Assembly (NCBI GenBank): GCA_964447405.1
Contig: CAYUSP010000003.1
Span: forward strand, 691,723 to 755,722
Origin: an uncultured Nitrospiraceae bacterium
GTDB lineage: Bacteria; Nitrospirota; UBA9217
Length of the DNA: 64,000 nucleotides
Direction of reading: 5' to 3'
Under the pieces are notes generated by a model. The model was not told the DNA's origin and searched no databases. It saw only the letters and a program-made list of their open reading frames with translations. A program made the translations under genes and the position numbers. The first letter of the stretch is position 1; each line of letters opens with the position of its first letter. This document shows positions 60,754 to 64,000 of this stretch, piece by piece.

Positions 60754-61728
60754 CTAGTCCATCGGGTATTGCTGAAAGAATTGCCATATGATCTGCGTTG
60801 CATCAAAGCCTTTCAGCGGATGATCTTCCGGAAGCGCTTTCATAAAGGGCCCTCCGGGCCACTCGTGTCCCCAGTTGAACACGCGGACGGTCCGCACCTC
60901 GTTCCCGTTGTTGGCATCTTTCCATGATTCTTCTACAACCATCCCGTTAAACGCGTCCTTCCAAACCGGGCCTGCAGCAGACTTGTTGGAAGCGATCCAG
61001 AAATCCTTTGCATGGGAAACCGGCCGATACTCCCGAGCGCTTTTGCGGTCGAGGGGTTTCCCCCCTTCATAGGGGACCGTCTTGTCCGCATCCCCATGCA
61101 TGATCAGGAACGGGACCGGACGCTCCGGTGCCGGCAGAGGCCACTCCAATGCGTCCTGCGACACCCTGCTGTTGATGGCGCCGGCAACCGAGGCTGCAGC
61201 TGCCAGCAAGGATGATCGTTCCGCTGCAAACCGGTAGGTCATCATGCCCCCATTCGAAAAACCCATCATGTAGATACGGCGCTTGTCGATAGCGTACTGT
61301 TTGCCAATCCCCTTGATGGCAGCCTCTATGAAGGCCACATCGTTCCAATTATCTTCAACAGCTTTGCCGCAGCAATGCCCTGCGTTCCAGTGCTGCAAAA
61401 ATCCCAGGATGCCTATGCCCTCGGGGTACATCACGATGAAGCCATCGCGATCAGCGAGCTGACTCCATCCCGACCATTTCTCCATTTCCCGTGCAGTGCT
61501 GAACGCGCCGTGCAGAACCACGACGAGAGGATAGGAACGGGAACTAGTGTACCCCGGGGGAATATGCAGCAAATAGCGACGATCATTGTTACCTGTCCGC
61601 AGAGAGAGATCATCCCCGAATGTACCGGGATCCATAGTTACGCTCCTGGTTCCTGGATAAGCGCAACCAATAAGCACGCAGATAAGCAAAATCCAGATCT
61701 GCTGGTAATGACTGAACAGAGAGGTCAT
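60754..61728 (-). CDS. Alpha/beta hydrolase of the PHB-depolymerase/LpqC esterase family
   Basis: It has a signal peptide, ...YPLVVVLHG..., and the nucleophile elbow GFSNGG. Confidence 0.7.
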   Translation of the reverse strand: MTSLFSHYQQIWILLICVLIGCAYPGTRSVTMDPGTFGDDLSLRTGNNDRRYLLHIPPGYTSSRSYPLVVVLHGAFSTAREMEKWSGWSQLADRDGFIVMYPEGIGILGFLQHWNAGHCCGKAVEDNWNDVAFIEAAIKGIGKQYAIDKRRIYMMGFSNGGMMTYRFAAERSSLLAAAASVAGAINSRVSQDALEWPLPAPERPVPFLIMHGDADKTVPYEGGKPLDRKSAREYRPVSHAKDFWIASNKSAAGPVWKDAFNGMVVEESWKDANNGNEVRTVRVFNWGHEWPGGPFMKALPEDHPLKGFDATQIIWQFFQQYPMD

Positions 61729-62243
61729 GGTTTGACTTGCTTTACAAATCTCCCCTTATACGTGGCGCGGCCGTCGCATTTTTCGAAGATGAACTGGCAG
61801 ATCCTGGTGCCGGGATACAGAGCCAGCGGCGCATAGCCCAGGTTCACGATCTCCAGGACCTGATGGTTGGAGATGCCGGGATGCATGAAACCGGCGGTCA
61901 CGTGGACTGCAAGGCCGAAGCGCGCGAACCTGCTCCGGCCTTCGAGCCGGCCGGAGATGGTATCAGCAAGAGTGATCTTTTCCTTCGTGATGCCCAGGAC
62001 CATCTCACCGGGCTTGATCACGATGAAACTGCCATCCTTGACATGGACCGCCTTGGTGATGTCCTGAAAATCAGAATCGTTCTTAACGTGATACACTTTT
62101 GATTTTTTCTTGAAGATCCTGAAATCATTTCCGAGCGTAAGGTCGATGGAACCCGGCCCGATCTGCGTTTTGTCGAGCGGCTCGATCTTGATCAATTCAC
62201 TTTTTAATGCTTTCGCGATTTCCTTGCCGATCAGCACACTCAT
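61725..62243 (-). CDS. dcd: dCTP deaminase
   Basis: 172 aa with the dUTPase-like fold ...GPGSIDLTLG...RLEGRSRFARFGL.... Confidence 0.85.
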   Translation of the reverse strand: MSVLIGKEIAKALKSELIKIEPLDKTQIGPGSIDLTLGNDFRIFKKKSKVYHVKNDSDFQDITKAVHVKDGSFIVIKPGEMVLGITKEKITLADTISGRLEGRSRFARFGLAVHVTAGFMHPGISNHQVLEIVNLGYAPLALYPGTRICQFIFEKCDGRATYKGRFVKQVKP

Positions 62244-62270
62244 GATATCCCAGCCTTTCCACTATTTATT

Positions 62271-63023
62271 TTATACTGATATCGGTCGGATATCATGCAC
62301 ATCTATCTTCACCAGCACCGGTCCCGGTATGGGCGTGTTGCCCACGAGCAGCGGGAGTGCCCGACGCCGTGTCGGGGCTTTGATCCTGCCGAAGGTCCGA
62401 TAGTCTTCGCACAGATGCGCGGCGTGCGCCCATCCGCCAACGACTTCGGCAGTATAATCCAGCCTGCGAAGAAGGAGCTGATCATCAAAATAGAATATCT
62501 GCTTTGTGGAATGCACGGGGACGTCATCGGGGAAAGTGGCCTGGATCCGCGAAAGCCCTGACAATGCGCCCGGCAAGGGATCGAGAATTTCCGTTACGAC
62601 CCCTTTACGTGCCAGCAGGAATGGAATGGCAAGGTAACCCCAGGTGGCATAGCCTGCAAAGTAGATGAAGTCCAGGTCGTCCCAGTAAAATAGCCTGCGG
62701 AGCCCCTTGAACGCGTCTCGTGGGTTCTCCCTTCGCGAGAGTACCACGCCGTTGCTGTCAACGATCCGGACCTCTTTGATTCCGATGAGTTCGGCAGTCT
62801 GCCCCGGCTTCGGATAATCCAGAAAAGAAAACCTCGGCTCACGGATCGATGCCCTCATGAGAACCCGCTTCAGAACAGGCCGCTGCTTCGCGGTAAACAG
62901 GAAACCGCTTGCTGATATTTCCGCTTCCAGCGCTTCAAGACTGTTCCAGTACTCCAATCCGCCGTGCACTTCTATAATCTCTTTCACGATCTGTTTCGGG
63001 TCCTTCTCGATCATCGCGAGCAT
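62271..63023 (-). CDS. Hypothetical protein
   Basis: 250 aa. I recognise no family. Confidence 0.45.
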   Translation of the reverse strand: MLAMIEKDPKQIVKEIIEVHGGLEYWNSLEALEAEISASGFLFTAKQRPVLKRVLMRASIREPRFSFLDYPKPGQTAELIGIKEVRIVDSNGVVLSRRENPRDAFKGLRRLFYWDDLDFIYFAGYATWGYLAIPFLLARKGVVTEILDPLPGALSGLSRIQATFPDDVPVHSTKQIFYFDDQLLLRRLDYTAEVVGGWAHAAHLCEDYRTFGRIKAPTRRRALPLLVGNTPIPGPVLVKIDVHDIRPISV

Positions 63024-63043
63024 CCCTTCTCTGTACTTCTCGA

Positions 63044-63232
63044 CTACTCATCAATATCAGTGCTCTTTTGGAAAACCTGTGTATTCACGTTGCCGGACGC
63101 CGGCCCCCCGCATTCGGGGATGTAACAGGTAACATCCACATATTCGCACTTTTCCTTGCACGAGGGGCAGATTTCCGGAGGCCTGTCATCGGTTAGTGTA
63201 TAACCGCACTTGTTGCATTTCCATGTCGTCAT
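63044..63232 (-). CDS. Rubredoxin-like zinc-ribbon protein, 62 aa
   Basis: MTTWKCNKCGYTLT...CPSCKEKCEY... has two CxxC knuckles. There is a strong RBS aaggag. Confidence 0.6.
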   Translation of the reverse strand: MTTWKCNKCGYTLTDDRPPEICPSCKEKCEYVDVTCYIPECGGPASGNVNTQVFQKSTDIDE

Positions 63233-63306
63233 GTCAATCTCCTTTTTACAGGCAAACACACTGGTTTCGCACACGCTGTTCGCAGTCAATCCCGCTGACC
63301 GAAATG

Positions 63307-63786
63307 TCAGACGGCCTTTCGCGAAGATCGCGTTTTGGCTTTGGAAATCCCGGAAGGCCGGAGTTTTTTCCGCTGTGTTGTCTTCGGCGCATGCCAATTG
63401 TACGGGATGGGCTGAAGCATGCTCACGCGGTTGCCCTCAGAATCAATGAATGAGACATACGGTCCTACGCCGGGTATCTCCATGGGCTCGCCCAGTACTT
63501 TACCCCCCGCCTTAATCACTTTCTTTATTGATTTCCTGATATCGTCAACAGCAATAACGATAGAGGGATACTGCGCGGGCCAATCCGGTTTATTCTGGTA
63601 AAAGCCCCCGTTGATCGCGCCAGGCTTTTTGGGGCCGCTCTCGCCGGTTTCCGTGGTAGTTGCAACAACGTAATTGCCCATCTCCTTGCCAAGCATCTTT
63701 GTTTGCCAACCGAATGTTGATTTATAAAACTTCGCCATGCGCGTTCGATTGTCGTAGGGCATCTCAAAATGAACGACAGGGTCCAT
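63307..63786 (-). CDS. VOC (glyoxalase/bleomycin-resistance) family protein with a basic C-terminal tail
   Basis: MDPVVHFEMPY... and ...GPYVSFIDSEGNRVSMLQ... are VOC-fold motifs. Confidence 0.65.
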   Translation of the reverse strand: MDPVVHFEMPYDNRTRMAKFYKSTFGWQTKMLGKEMGNYVVATTTETGESGPKKPGAINGGFYQNKPDWPAQYPSIVIAVDDIRKSIKKVIKAGGKVLGEPMEIPGVGPYVSFIDSEGNRVSMLQPIPYNWHAPKTTQRKKLRPSGISKAKTRSSRKAV

Positions 63787-64000
63787 ATCATATCCTCCTT
63801 AAGCACGAGTTGAGTGCAGCTACTATGCAGCATTATTGTTCCGATGTTCCGGTGATTGTCCCCTTATGCAAAAAGGCAGGATCCATCGCGGACCCTGCCT
63901 TTGGTGAATCATTCCCTTTGGTATCAGTCGCACGAAGTCAGCGTCGTTGGATTGATCACATACCAGACATCTTTCACGCCCTGTCCATTCGTATCGCCAG

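Overview
This is a gene-dense, high-GC (about 58-60%) chromosomal segment from a Gram-negative (diderm) bacterium, with most genes on the minus strand. I found no rRNA, tRNA, CRISPR array, transposase or integrase.

Gene content, left to right:
- 0-7.7 kb: a classical type II secretion operon, gspC-D-E-F-G-H-I-J (gspJ runs off the left edge). It is driven by a perfect consensus sigma70 promoter next to a 14-bp palindrome.
- 7.8-12.1 kb: a glutamine amidotransferase, a small DUF4177 protein, and a peptidoglycan-recycling pair: NamZ-like DUF1343 plus a MurU-AmgK fusion.
- 12.1-17.9 kb: a GxxExxY cargo gene inside an inverted-repeat element, then cca, a DUF4145 zinc-ribbon protein, and aroB-aroK-aroC.
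- 18.1-26.4 kb: a PPC-domain protein, mqnB-mqnD (futalosine pathway), LemA plus an unusual M48 protease, a MoaD-MoaE fusion, ccdA plus a Cys-rich MerR-type regulator, and fchA-folD.
- 26.6-29.7 kb: an outer-membrane beta-barrel (porin-like) gene with a long AT-rich leader, a membrane protein, and a four-helix-bundle ('23S rRNA IVS') gene inside a second inverted-repeat element.
- 29.7-39.0 kb: a dense signalling island. It holds a sigma54 response regulator, a PAS histidine kinase, a REC-GAF-HD-GYP protein, a histidine kinase with a periplasmic CXXCH heme-c motif, a PhnD-like binding protein and a HAMP-GAF histidine kinase.
- 39.2-46.7 kb: a CN-hydrolase, secA, katG, and a cfa gene interrupted by an in-frame TAG.
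- 46.8-54.9 kb: a diheme cytochrome c, cytochrome c', a TMEM175-like channel, several small membrane or stress proteins, a P-type ATPase and an outer-membrane beta-barrel.
- 55.1-59.5 kb: a MacAB-like ABC efflux operon with a structured inverted-repeat insert between the two permease genes.
- 59.6-63.8 kb: a CarF/TMEM189-like desaturase, a PHB-depolymerase-family esterase, dcd, a rubredoxin-like protein and a VOC-family protein.

The most unusual signals are:
1. A family of CAGAGG/CAGAAG-rich inverted-repeat elements in five copies. Two carry small cargo genes (GxxExxY and a four-helix bundle); three are empty.
2. Tandem GGGTCAGGGG-type G-tract arrays, with G-quadruplex potential on the coding strand, at the 5' end of each of the four pseudopilin genes gspG, gspH, gspI and gspJ.
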